From assembly GCA_014189685.1 (NCBI GenBank), contig DVAB01000023.1, positions 15,346 through 79,345 of the forward strand: DNA of 64,000 nt, in the 5' to 3' direction. Below, in pieces: positions 37,223 through 46,565 of the stretch. The notes under the pieces were generated by a model that was not told where the DNA came from, searched no databases, and saw nothing but the letters and a program-made list of their open reading frames with translations. The DNA is from Candidatus Naiadarchaeum limnaeum (GTDB lineage Archaea > Undinarchaeota > Undinarchaeia > Undinarchaeales > Naiadarchaeaceae). The position numbers and the translations under genes are program-made. How positions within the stretch are numbered: the stretch's first letter is position 1; each line of letters begins with the position of its first letter.

Positions 37223-37855
37223 TTAGTATAACCCATGTTTTTTTAGTAATCTTCTGAATTTTCCATATGTAAGTATCCACGGCGGAGTCCAGTTTGCTTT
37301 ATGTATTTTTAATTTTCCTGAGCTGAAATCATTCAAACCTTTTACATAAACAGTTCCATATCCAACTTCCTCAATTGCGTGTGCATCAGATGCTGCTGTT
37401 ATTTTCAAGCCCAATTCTTTTGCAACTTTTTGGGCCTTCCAATTATCTGGCAAAAACGGCGCCCGAGTGTTATAAACCTCAATATAGTCAAACTTAACTT
37501 TTCTAACTAAATCTTTAACGCTCTCTCTAAAATGATCATAGGGATGAGCAGCAATTGCTATTCCCCCTTGCTCATGAATGCGCTCAACAGTTTCTTCTGC
37601 AGAAAGACATTTTGGGATATTCTCTGTTATAAACAGTCCCAAAACATGCCCTTCCAAAGAACTTACCTCGATTCCGGGGACAAAAGTAAGTTTTAATTTT
37701 TTTGCAGCCTCTCTAGCGATTTTTTGCCCTTTAACAGTATTGTGGTCAGTAATTGCAAAGCCATCTATTTTTAGCCTTTTTACTTGCGCTGCCATTTCAG
37801 CTGGCGTGTTTATCCCATCTGAGAAAATTGTATGGAGATGTACATCCAAAATCAT
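37223..37855 (-). CDS. PHP-family metal-dependent phosphoesterase
   Basis: MILDVHLHTIFSDG, ITDHNT and His-rich motifs. Start trimmed to MILDVH. Confidence 0.65.
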   Translation of the reverse strand: MILDVHLHTIFSDGINTPAEMAAQVKRLKIDGFAITDHNTVKGQKIAREAAKKLKLTFVPGIEVSSLEGHVLGLFITENIPKCLSAEETVERIHEQGGIAIAAHPYDHFRESVKDLVRKVKFDYIEVYNTRAPFLPDNWKAQKVAKELGLKITAASDAHAIEEVGYGTVYVKGLNDFSSGKLKIHKANWTPPWILTYGKFRRLLKKHGLY

Positions 37856-37876
37856 GTGAAAATCACCTTTAAGCAC

Positions 37877-37944
37877 TTCCGATTTTCACATATGCGAAAA
37901 GGGAAGTACCTTAAGTCTTTTCGCATCATAGCTGCTCTATTTCT
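37877..37944. promoter_or_regulatory. Near-perfect palindrome TTTTCACATATGCGAAAA flanked by an imperfect inverted repeat, between divergent genes
   Basis: GATTTTCACATATGCGAAAAG is almost self-complementary around CATATG. Lies between the PHP gene start and the 37945 ORF. Confidence 0.3.
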
Positions 37945-38370
37945 TTGAGAACTTTTAAATACTTTCCGAACCATAAATCAAATATGCCAAGAAGAAAAAG
38001 CCCTGCCCAAGATACGCTTTCATTGAGACCAGAGTTTACAACTATTTTTCAAAATATAGCCGATCTTAACTTTTTTGATAGGCACTCATATGTTGCTTAT
38101 CCAAGTCCATATATTGCCATAGTCTATGGTATAGCTGGAAGGATTCCTTCAAATATAGAGGAAGCTTTTAGAGGTATTGCAGCCTTTAAGAATAAAGCAC
38201 ATGTTGAAGTTAGAGAAGTAAATTTAGTTTTACTTTTTAAAAATATAAGAGTTAGAGATGCGTGGCTTAAGCTTTTTCGAAAAATAAAAGATGAACGGTC
38301 AGAATTTGAGGGCGTTTTGAAGAGCGGGCGTAGATTTAAGAGTACTCTAAGTAGATATAAAATAGTTTAG
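37945..38370 (+). CDS. Hypothetical protein
   Basis: 141 aa ORF with no motif recognised. Confidence 0.25.
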   Translation: MRTFKYFPNHKSNMPRRKSPAQDTLSLRPEFTTIFQNIADLNFFDRHSYVAYPSPYIAIVYGIAGRIPSNIEEAFRGIAAFKNKAHVEVREVNLVLLFKNIRVRDAWLKLFRKIKDERSEFEGVLKSGRRFKSTLSRYKIV

Positions 38371-39575
38371 TACTTCTTAATCAGCTTTTCAATCATCTCA
38401 ATCCCTTTATCAGCTGTTTCCCCATCTATGATTAAAGGCGGTGCAATTCTGATTGTTTTTTCGCCGCAACCAAGCAAAAGTAAACCATTCTTAAACGCTC
38501 CATCAATAATTTTCTTTCTTCTTTTTACACTATCTATTTCAACTCCAATCATCAATCCTTTTCCGCGTACATCAATAATTTTTCTTGGATATTTTAATTG
38601 AATTTCTTTAAAGTGCTTAAGCATATAATCTCCCATCCGCTCTGCATTTTTAACTAAATTTTTCTTTTCAATAATCTCAATTACTTTTGCTCCAACTGCT
38701 AAATCAATCACATGCCCACCACCCCAAGTTGATCCAAGTGCGCCGCGCTCTTGTTTTGCCATATCATATTTTTTGCCTGCAATTGTTGCTCCAACTTGCA
38801 AACTTTTTCCAGTGGCCATTATATCAGGGACAACATTGTAATGCTCAAATGCCCACCATTTTCCAGTCCTACCCATTCCCGCCTGAACTTCATCAATAAT
38901 GAAAGCGATGTCATGCTCTTTTGTAATTTTTCGCAGATATTTTACAAACTCTTTGCTCAAAGGGCGATAGCCACCTTCTCCCTGGACACATTCAATAATT
39001 ACAAAAGCAGGCGTGAGTTCTCGAGAAATCAAATCCTCAAGCTCGCGGAAATTACAATACCCCTTTTCTCCACAAAAATCAAGTTCATGATGCGGAAGAA
39101 CAGGGAAAAATTTTTTCTGAATTGCCTTACTTGAGGTATAGCTTAAAACCCCTATAGTCCTCCCGTGAAAAGCTCCTTTAACAGAGACCCCGCCAAGAGG
39201 GCCTTTTTTTAAATAGGCAAGTTTCATTGCATTTTCAACAGCTTCAGCCCCACTATTTACAAAAAAAGATTTTCTCAAGTTCTTTGGCAAATGTTTAGAA
39301 AGTTTTTTTGCCAGAACTAAAGCTTCTTCCAAAATTGTAAGCGTTCCATCAACTTTGTAAATACCCTTTTTTGAATACTCACGAACAACTTCTTTAACTT
39401 CAGGGTTCCCATAGCCTATGTTATTTGTGCTCACATTTGAATGAAAATCCAAATACTTTTTCCCATCCACATCTATCAAATAACAGCCCTCGCCTTTCAC
39501 AGCAGCTAAATTGGATAAACCAACATCTATTCTATATTTCTTACTTTCTGATAGAATTTTTTGCGCTTTTTTCAT
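38367..39575 (-). CDS. Class III PLP-dependent aminotransferase (ornithine / 4-aminobutyrate aminotransferase-like)
   Basis: NSGAEAVENAMKLA, FHGRT, DEVQAGMGRTG and TGKSL motifs. Confidence 0.75.
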   Translation of the reverse strand: MKKAQKILSESKKYRIDVGLSNLAAVKGEGCYLIDVDGKKYLDFHSNVSTNNIGYGNPEVKEVVREYSKKGIYKVDGTLTILEEALVLAKKLSKHLPKNLRKSFFVNSGAEAVENAMKLAYLKKGPLGGVSVKGAFHGRTIGVLSYTSSKAIQKKFFPVLPHHELDFCGEKGYCNFRELEDLISRELTPAFVIIECVQGEGGYRPLSKEFVKYLRKITKEHDIAFIIDEVQAGMGRTGKWWAFEHYNVVPDIMATGKSLQVGATIAGKKYDMAKQERGALGSTWGGGHVIDLAVGAKVIEIIEKKNLVKNAERMGDYMLKHFKEIQLKYPRKIIDVRGKGLMIGVEIDSVKRRKKIIDGAFKNGLLLLGCGEKTIRIAPPLIIDGETADKGIEMIEKLIKKY

Positions 39576-40912
39576 AGAAATTCTTTTTCAAATTTACTAA
39601 TTATTGTTTCAAGATCTGGCTTTCCAATTTCTTTGAGTTCATAATGAACTCGCACAATGGGCTTGTTAACTCGCAATATCCTATCAAGCCTTATTGGAGT
39701 TCCAACAATCACAGAATCACATCTCGCATGATTTATAGTTTTTTGCAGTTCATCAATTTCAACTTTGTTATAGCCCATCGCAGGAAGTATCTCTTTTAAC
39801 TGCTTGTACTCCGCATAAATTTTTTTTAAAGAACCAACTGCATATGGACGTGGATCAACAATCTCTTTTGCGCCGTGATTTTTCGCAGCAATATAACCAG
39901 CTCCGAATCTTGTCCCCCCGTGAGTTAAGGTTGGGCCATCTTCAACAACTAGAATTCTTTTGTCATGAATTAATTCATGTTTCTCAACTTTTATCTCCGA
40001 AGTTGCATCAATAATTATGGCTTTTTTGTTAAAAGTTCTGACATTTTTCTTTACCCTTTCAATATTTTCTTTTGTTGCACTTTTTTCTTTTGCAACAACA
40101 ATAACATCTGCCATAAGCAAATTTGTCATTCCGGGATAATACAAGATTTCATGCCCTGGCCTTAACGGGTCAACTAAAACTATATGTAAGTCAGTTTTAT
40201 AAAAAGGGAAATCATTATTTCCTCCATCCCAAATTATTACATCTGCCTCCTTCTCAGCCTTTCTTAAAATTTTTTCATAATCAACTCCTGCATAAACAAT
40301 GTTCCCGTTTTCAATATGCGGTTCATATTCCTCGCGCTCCTCAATTGTGCAATTGTATCGATTTAAATCCTCATACTTTTCAAACCTTTGTAAAATTTGT
40401 TTTCTCAAATTTCCATATGGCATTGGATGCCTTATAACAACGGCCTTGTAGCCCCTTTCTTTCAGAAGTTTTGCAACTTTTCTAGTTGTCTGGCTTTTCC
40501 CACAGCCAGTACGCACAGCGCAAATCGAGATAAATGGTTTTTTTGATTTGAGCATTGTTGAATTTAATCCCATTAATTTAAAATCAGCTCCCGCTGCAAG
40601 CACTTGTGAAGCTTTTTCCATGACATACTGGAAGCTTAAATCAGAATAAGCCAGAACAGCCTCATCAACTTTTAATTTTCTTATTAGCGCTAATAGTTTT
40701 TCTTCTGAATAAATCGGGATACCTTTTGGATAAAATTTTCCAGAAAGCTCTTTTGGGTATTTTCTTTGGGGGAGTTTTGAAAGCGCCCCTATATTTTGTT
40801 CAGATGCTTGTGTAAATGCAACAACATTATAATTTGAGTTATTTCTAAAGAACGCATTAAAATTATGGAAATCACGGCCAGCAGCCCCCATGATTATAAC
40901 ACGTCTTTTCAT
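39572..40912 (-). CDS. P-loop protein of the cyclic 2,3-diphosphoglycerate synthetase-like (COG2403) family
   Basis: MGAAGRDFHNFN N-terminus and a central P-loop CAVRTGCGKSQTT in 446 aa. Assignment from memory. Confidence 0.4.
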   Translation of the reverse strand: MKRRVIIMGAAGRDFHNFNAFFRNNSNYNVVAFTQASEQNIGALSKLPQRKYPKELSGKFYPKGIPIYSEEKLLALIRKLKVDEAVLAYSDLSFQYVMEKASQVLAAGADFKLMGLNSTMLKSKKPFISICAVRTGCGKSQTTRKVAKLLKERGYKAVVIRHPMPYGNLRKQILQRFEKYEDLNRYNCTIEEREEYEPHIENGNIVYAGVDYEKILRKAEKEADVIIWDGGNNDFPFYKTDLHIVLVDPLRPGHEILYYPGMTNLLMADVIVVAKEKSATKENIERVKKNVRTFNKKAIIIDATSEIKVEKHELIHDKRILVVEDGPTLTHGGTRFGAGYIAAKNHGAKEIVDPRPYAVGSLKKIYAEYKQLKEILPAMGYNKVEIDELQKTINHARCDSVIVGTPIRLDRILRVNKPIVRVHYELKEIGKPDLETIISKFEKEFL

Positions 40913-41832
40913 TTTAATAAAAGGGCAAGTATTCCTTTTTGAACATGCAATCTATTCTCAGCCTCATCCAAAACAATTGAATGCGGCCCATCAATTATAT
41001 CAGCTGTTACTTCATACCCTCTATATGCAGGAAGGCAGTGCATAAACAAATAATCAGGCTTTGCATTTTTTGCAAGTTTTTCATTTACCTGATACGGCTT
41101 AAAAATTTTCAATCGCTTTGTTTTTTCCTTTTCCTGCCCCATTGAAACCCATGTGTCTGTGAATATTACATCAGAATTTTTAACAGCTTCCTTTAAGTTT
41201 TCAGTCCAACTTATTTTGCTTTTTGCATAACTCCCTATGTTCTTCCAAACTTTTTCACTTGGCTTATACTTTTTGGGAGTTGCAACACTCAGCTCAATCC
41301 CTAACTTTGCACAACTATAAATTAGCGAGTTGCAAACATTATTTCCATCACCTGTCCACGCCAATTTCAAGTTTTCTAAACTTCCCTTATGCTCAATTAT
41401 CGAGAAGAGATCCCCAAGTATCTGGCACGGATGCTCAAAATCAGACAATCCATTTATAACGGGAACAGAAGAATTTTTAGCTAGTTCCAAAAGTGTTTCA
41501 TGCTGGTAAGTGCGCGCCATTATAGCGTCCGCATATCTGCTTAAAACTTTTGCAGTATCGGCTATGCTCTCACCTCTTCCAAGCTGCAGGTCGTTCTGGC
41601 TTAGAAACATTGCATGCCCACCGAGTTGAGTCATTGCAATTTCAAAAGAAGCCCTTGTCCGAGTTGAGGGCTTTTCAAATATCATTGCCAAAGTTTTTCC
41701 TTTTAATTCCTCGTGAGAAATTTCTTTTTTCAACTTTTCTTTGAGCTCTTTGCTTTTCTCAAAAATTTTTTCAATATCGACTCTGCTCAAATCGTTAATT
41801 GAAATGAGATGTTTAACTGAAAGCGACCCCAT
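40909..41832 (-). CDS. argF: Ornithine carbamoyltransferase
   Basis: STRTR, HPCQ and HCLPA carbamoyltransferase motifs. Confidence 0.85.
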   Translation of the reverse strand: MGSLSVKHLISINDLSRVDIEKIFEKSKELKEKLKKEISHEELKGKTLAMIFEKPSTRTRASFEIAMTQLGGHAMFLSQNDLQLGRGESIADTAKVLSRYADAIMARTYQHETLLELAKNSSVPVINGLSDFEHPCQILGDLFSIIEHKGSLENLKLAWTGDGNNVCNSLIYSCAKLGIELSVATPKKYKPSEKVWKNIGSYAKSKISWTENLKEAVKNSDVIFTDTWVSMGQEKEKTKRLKIFKPYQVNEKLAKNAKPDYLFMHCLPAYRGYEVTADIIDGPHSIVLDEAENRLHVQKGILALLLK

Positions 41833-41875
41833 GACAAATTTATTTAAGTAATTCTTCTTTATAATTCTATGTTAA

Positions 41876-42790
41876 ATGAAAAAAATAGTTATTGCACTTG
41901 GAGGAAATGCTCTTGTAAAGACTGGCCAGCGCGGGACTTATAATGAAATGCTGCAAAATCTAAAAGCTCCAATCAAACAAATTGCCAGGCTCTCTAAAAA
42001 ATATTCTGTTGTCATAACTCATGGAAACGGTCCACAGGTGGGGAACATTCTTTTACAGCAGGAAGCAACCGGATTAGTTCCAAAGATGCCGCTACAGTTA
42101 TTAGTAGCAGAAACTCAGGGGCAAATCGGATATATGATAGAATCAACTCTAGATCAAGAATTAATGAATCTTGGCATTTCTGAGAAAAAACTTTTTTTGA
42201 CTGTTTTAACTTATGTCAAAGTTAATAAAAATGATCCTGCTTTTAAAAATCCAACAAAACCAATTGGCCCTTATTTTAAAAATAAAATCAAGAATTGGAG
42301 AATGATTAAAACTCCACGTGGATGGAGAAGGGTTGTTGCATCCCCTCGCCCAATTACAATCTACCAGAAAAGAGAGATCAGGAAATTAGTTGATTCCGGG
42401 TTTATAGTTATTGCATGCGGCGGTGGCGGGATTCCCGTGGTTAAGGAAGGAAAAAACTTGCACGGTGTTGAAGCTGTGATCGATAAAGATTTGGCAAGCG
42501 CAAAGCTGGCCCAAGAAATAAAAGCAGATATACTGCTCATAGCGACAGATGTTGAAAATGTTTTTATCAATTTCGGAAAAAAGAATCAAATGGCTTTAAA
42601 GAAGTTAACAATGAGCAAAGCAAAGCAATATATCGATGAAGGACAGTTTGCACAGGGAAGTATGTTACCAAAGATTCAGGCAGCTATTAACTTTTCTAAA
42701 TTTAGAGGAAAGCGAGCAATGATATGCTCGATTAATAAAATTATCCCTGCTTTAGAGGGTAGGGCTGGAACCCAAATTGTGAGGGGTTAA
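41876..42790 (+). CDS. arcC: Carbamate kinase
   Basis: MKKIVIALGGNAL...VITHGNGPQVG amino-acid-kinase fold with typical carbamate kinase length. Confidence 0.8.
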   Translation: MKKIVIALGGNALVKTGQRGTYNEMLQNLKAPIKQIARLSKKYSVVITHGNGPQVGNILLQQEATGLVPKMPLQLLVAETQGQIGYMIESTLDQELMNLGISEKKLFLTVLTYVKVNKNDPAFKNPTKPIGPYFKNKIKNWRMIKTPRGWRRVVASPRPITIYQKREIRKLVDSGFIVIACGGGGIPVVKEGKNLHGVEAVIDKDLASAKLAQEIKADILLIATDVENVFINFGKKNQMALKKLTMSKAKQYIDEGQFAQGSMLPKIQAAINFSKFRGKRAMICSINKIIPALEGRAGTQIVRG

Positions 42791-42822
42791 AGTATATAAT
42801 ATCAATTACATTAACCCAAGTT

Positions 42823-43521
42823 ATGGCGAAATCAGCCGTTCTTACTTTGTTTAAAAGAGTTAAAGCCCAGAAACGCGCAGTTCTAACAGAGGTTGAGGCA
42901 AAGCAAGTTCTAGATTCTTATGGAATACCAACTACAAAAGGAATTTTAGTTAATAAAAAAGAAGATGCAATAAAGGCTGCGCAAAAAATCGGTTTTCCTG
43001 TTGTAATGAAAGTTGTTTCTCCAGAAATTGTGCATAAAACAGAGGCAAAAGCAGTTGCTGTTGGTTTAAAAACTGTTGAAGAAGTTGCTCAGGCTTTTGA
43101 AACTCTGCAAAAAAACGCGCGTGCATATAAGAAAGGCGCAAAAATTCACGGAGTTCTAATTCAGGAAATGGCTTCTGGAAAAGAAGTAATAATTGGGGCT
43201 ATTAAAGATGTTCAATTCGGGCCAACAGTCATGTTTGGAATTGGGGGGGTTTTAGTTGAGATAATGAAAGATGTTACTTTTAGAGTTGCCCCAATTTCAA
43301 AATTGGATGCACAAGAAATGTTGCACGAGCTAAAGGGATACAAAATTTTACAAGGAGTGCGCGGCCAAAAACCAATAAATGAAAGCGCTATTTTAAACAT
43401 TTTATTAAAAGTTTCGCAATTGGTTTCAGAAAATCCTCAAATAAAAGAGCTTGATATAAATCCACTTTTTGTGAATGAAAAAGAAGCAAAAGCTGCAGAT
43501 GCAAGAATAATTTTGGAATAA
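42823..43521 (+). CDS. ADP-forming acetyl-CoA synthetase, beta (ATP-grasp) subunit
   Basis: GFPVVMKVVSPEIVHKTEAKAV...ELDINPLFV ATP-grasp_5 signatures. Confidence 0.65.
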   Translation: MAKSAVLTLFKRVKAQKRAVLTEVEAKQVLDSYGIPTTKGILVNKKEDAIKAAQKIGFPVVMKVVSPEIVHKTEAKAVAVGLKTVEEVAQAFETLQKNARAYKKGAKIHGVLIQEMASGKEVIIGAIKDVQFGPTVMFGIGGVLVEIMKDVTFRVAPISKLDAQEMLHELKGYKILQGVRGQKPINESAILNILLKVSQLVSENPQIKELDINPLFVNEKEAKAADARIILE

Positions 43522-43522
43522 G

Positions 43523-44713
43523 ATGCCCTTGGAACTTGCAACTATCGAGCACGAACTAAGAGAAAGTCCAATTAGAAAAATCGCTGCACTATTAGCAGAA
43601 TCAAAAGCCCACAAAGATATAATTTCTTTTGGCGGCGGTGCCCCTTCTCTTCCACCACCACACGCAGTTGTAGATGAAATTATTTCTTCTCTGAAAAAAG
43701 ATCCTTTCAAATCAATGTCATACACAGCGACTAAGGGAAATCTCTCCCTGCGCGAAGAAATTTGTACTGATCTAAAAAAATATGAAAAACTTTCAATATA
43801 TCCTGTGCAGATTTGTCTAACAACAGGGGCAACAGGAGCAATTGATCTTGCTCTTGAATCTATAATCAATCCAGGGGATGAAATTATTTTAGCAGATCCA
43901 ACTTATGCTGGCTTTCCAGGACCTGGAATAAAAGAAAGGGCGAAATTAAAATTTATCCCTACAAAATGGCAAGAAAATTTTGAGATTAAAACAGAATTAA
44001 TTGAAAATTTAATCTCAAAAAAGACAAAAGCTCTGATTCTATTATCCCCTGATAACCCAACAGGCCGAGTTTTGAGCAAAGAAACAGTAAGAGCAGTTGC
44101 AAATTTTGCAGAGGACCACAATTTTTGGCTCATAACAGATGAAACCTACAAAGATATTATTTATGAAGGAAAACACTGGCCAGCTTACACGTTTGCTCCT
44201 GAAAATACTTTATCTGTTTTCACATACTCAAAGTCCTGCTCAGCTCCGGCTTTTAGGCTTGGTTATATCTATGGTCCGCAAAAAGCAATTGAGGCAATTG
44301 CAAAGTTAAGCCAGTATGTGAATCTCTGCCCCTCAAACATTTCGCAAATTGGTGCAGAGGCATTTTATAAGGTTAAAAAACAATATCTACAAAAAACAGT
44401 TCTGCCAACCTATAGAAAGAGAATGGAAGTAATGGGCAAGATGCTGAAAAAACACTTGCCAGATGCTGGGTTTGTAAAGCCGCATGGCGCGTTTTACTAT
44501 TTTGTTGATTTCTCACTTTATTTAAGAGACCTAAAACTGAATGAAGAAAAGTTTTCTGAAAAGCTTTTGAAAGAAAAACATGTTGTTGTCATTCCGGGAA
44601 GATATTTCGGCCAGTCTGGGAGAAGGCACTGCAGGCTAACTTTTGTCTCTGAAAAGGAAAGCAGAATAAAAGAGGGAATTCAAAGAATTGCTGAATTTGT
44701 TAAAAGAAAGTAA
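43523..44713 (+). CDS. Class I/II PLP aminotransferase (aspartate aminotransferase family)
   Basis: FGGGAPS, YSKSCSAP (Lys-containing PLP site) and ArgR-type C-terminus. Confidence 0.7.
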   Translation: MPLELATIEHELRESPIRKIAALLAESKAHKDIISFGGGAPSLPPPHAVVDEIISSLKKDPFKSMSYTATKGNLSLREEICTDLKKYEKLSIYPVQICLTTGATGAIDLALESIINPGDEIILADPTYAGFPGPGIKERAKLKFIPTKWQENFEIKTELIENLISKKTKALILLSPDNPTGRVLSKETVRAVANFAEDHNFWLITDETYKDIIYEGKHWPAYTFAPENTLSVFTYSKSCSAPAFRLGYIYGPQKAIEAIAKLSQYVNLCPSNISQIGAEAFYKVKKQYLQKTVLPTYRKRMEVMGKMLKKHLPDAGFVKPHGAFYYFVDFSLYLRDLKLNEEKFSEKLLKEKHVVVIPGRYFGQSGRRHCRLTFVSEKESRIKEGIQRIAEFVKRK

Positions 44714-44737
44714 TAAATATCTCCCTCTCCTTAAAAA

Positions 44738-45085
44738 ATGAACATGGAAGAATTCGGTCCAGAAACTGCTAAATATCTAGACAAAAACAAAAATAACCCC
44801 AATTTTAATCTTAATGCCAACCAATTAGCAGCCATAGGAAAAGTTAATTCCGCTATCCATAGCTTTTTTCAATCAATAAAAGGGCAAACGATAGTTTATT
44901 TGCGCCGAGGTATAACTGAGGAACAAGTACAACTTTTGAGAAGATTTACAGCTGTTCTTTATGAGTGTGATGAAGAGATAAGAAAAGCTGGCCTAAACAC
45001 ACTATGGTTTCAGATGTTTCTACGCCCTCTAATAATTAGAGATGCAATTAAACTTTATAATATAAAAGAGGAATTTTCAGCGTAA
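44738..45085 (+). CDS. Hypothetical protein
   Basis: 115 aa with no motif recognised. Confidence 0.25.
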   Translation: MNMEEFGPETAKYLDKNKNNPNFNLNANQLAAIGKVNSAIHSFFQSIKGQTIVYLRRGITEEQVQLLRRFTAVLYECDEEIRKAGLNTLWFQMFLRPLIIRDAIKLYNIKEEFSA

Positions 45086-45112
45086 AAACATTAAAATAGC
45101 CACATCGCTTAT

Positions 45113-46519
45113 TTGTTTCAACTATTTACTCCTATGACAAAAAATTTAGACCTTTTTTTCAACCCAAAATCAGTAGCAATTATAGGCGCATCTAGAAATC
45201 CCCAAAAAATTGGCCATATTGTTCTAAAAAATTTTGTTGAGGAGGGTTTTGCTGGAAAAGTTTTTCCTGTCAACCCAGACGCAGATCAGATTTTAAATTT
45301 AAAGTCCTATCCAACTGTAAAAGACATTCATGATGATGTTGACGCTGCTGTAATTTTGACCCCTGCAGATGTCATTGCAAAAATTTTGAAAGATTGCGGA
45401 GAAAAAAAGATACGAGCAGTCACAATTATCAGCTCTGGGTTTAAAGAAATCGGGTCGCGCGGCGAAAAAATAGAAAGCGAGTTGAAAAAAATTATTGAAA
45501 AATACAAAATAAATGTTATCGGCCCTAATTGTTTGGGAATTTTCGATACAACTTCGCAAGTTGATATGCTATTTTTGCCCGCTTACAGGCTTGGCCGGCC
45601 GCAAAAAGGAACAATTGCTTTTATAACCCAGAGTGGTGCATTTGGAAGTGTTATTTTAGACTGGGCTGCCCAGGAAGGTTTTGGAATTTCTAAATTTATT
45701 TCATATGGAAATGCAATTGATATTGATGAAATTGATTTTTTGGAATATTTAGGCAATGACCAAGAGACAAAAGTAATTACTGTTTATCTTGAAGGCGCAA
45801 ATCGGGCGCGCGAATTAATTGAAATCGGAAAAAAAGTTTCAAAAATCAAACCAATTCTCTGTTTAAAAGCAGGCGGCTCTAAAAGAGGGGCGGCTGCAAC
45901 CCAATCGCACACAGGAAGTTTAGCAGGAAGCGATGAAATTTATTCAGCCGCATTCAAACAAGCTGGAATTATTCGCGTGCAAACAATTGAAGAAATGTTT
46001 GATTATGCGCGCGCATTAGCAACTCAGCCACTCATGAAAGGAAATAGAATTGCAATAATAACAGATGGCGGCGGATTTGGAGTTATGGCAACTGATTATG
46101 CAGAGCAGGAAGGTTTGATTGTTGAAGAAGTTTCTGAGCAAACAAAAAAGAAAATGATGAAATGCACTTTGCCTTTTGCAACTCTGCACAATCCAATTGA
46201 TTTGACAGGAAGTGCAAGCAGCGCAATGTACAGATGTGCGCTTGAGGCAACTATGGCGGACAAAAATATTGATGCCTTGCTTGTGATTCTGCTATTCCAA
46301 CCACCAAACATAGAAAGTGATGTGATTGCTCACTTATTGGAAGTTAAGTCAAAATATCAAAAACCAATGTTGGTTTGCAGTGCAGGCGGGAACTACACAC
46401 AGCTACATAGAGATATTTTAGAGAGAAGTGGCATTCCAACATACCCAACTCCTGATCGTGCAATAAAATCTCTAGCAATTCTCTACAAATATACCCAAAT
46501 AAAAGCGAAGCAGCACTAG
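45113..46519 (+). CDS. ADP-forming acetyl-CoA synthetase, alpha subunit (CoA-binding plus succinyl-CoA-synthetase-like domains)
   Basis: KSVAIIGASRNPQKIG CoA-binding motif and GPNCLGI, with SCS-like flavodoxin domain motifs. Confidence 0.7.
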   Translation: MFQLFTPMTKNLDLFFNPKSVAIIGASRNPQKIGHIVLKNFVEEGFAGKVFPVNPDADQILNLKSYPTVKDIHDDVDAAVILTPADVIAKILKDCGEKKIRAVTIISSGFKEIGSRGEKIESELKKIIEKYKINVIGPNCLGIFDTTSQVDMLFLPAYRLGRPQKGTIAFITQSGAFGSVILDWAAQEGFGISKFISYGNAIDIDEIDFLEYLGNDQETKVITVYLEGANRARELIEIGKKVSKIKPILCLKAGGSKRGAAATQSHTGSLAGSDEIYSAAFKQAGIIRVQTIEEMFDYARALATQPLMKGNRIAIITDGGGFGVMATDYAEQEGLIVEEVSEQTKKKMMKCTLPFATLHNPIDLTGSASSAMYRCALEATMADKNIDALLVILLFQPPNIESDVIAHLLEVKSKYQKPMLVCSAGGNYTQLHRDILERSGIPTYPTPDRAIKSLAILYKYTQIKAKQH

Positions 46520-46565
46520 GATAAGGATTTAAATATCCTTTTACTATAAGCGCATATCCATTTAA

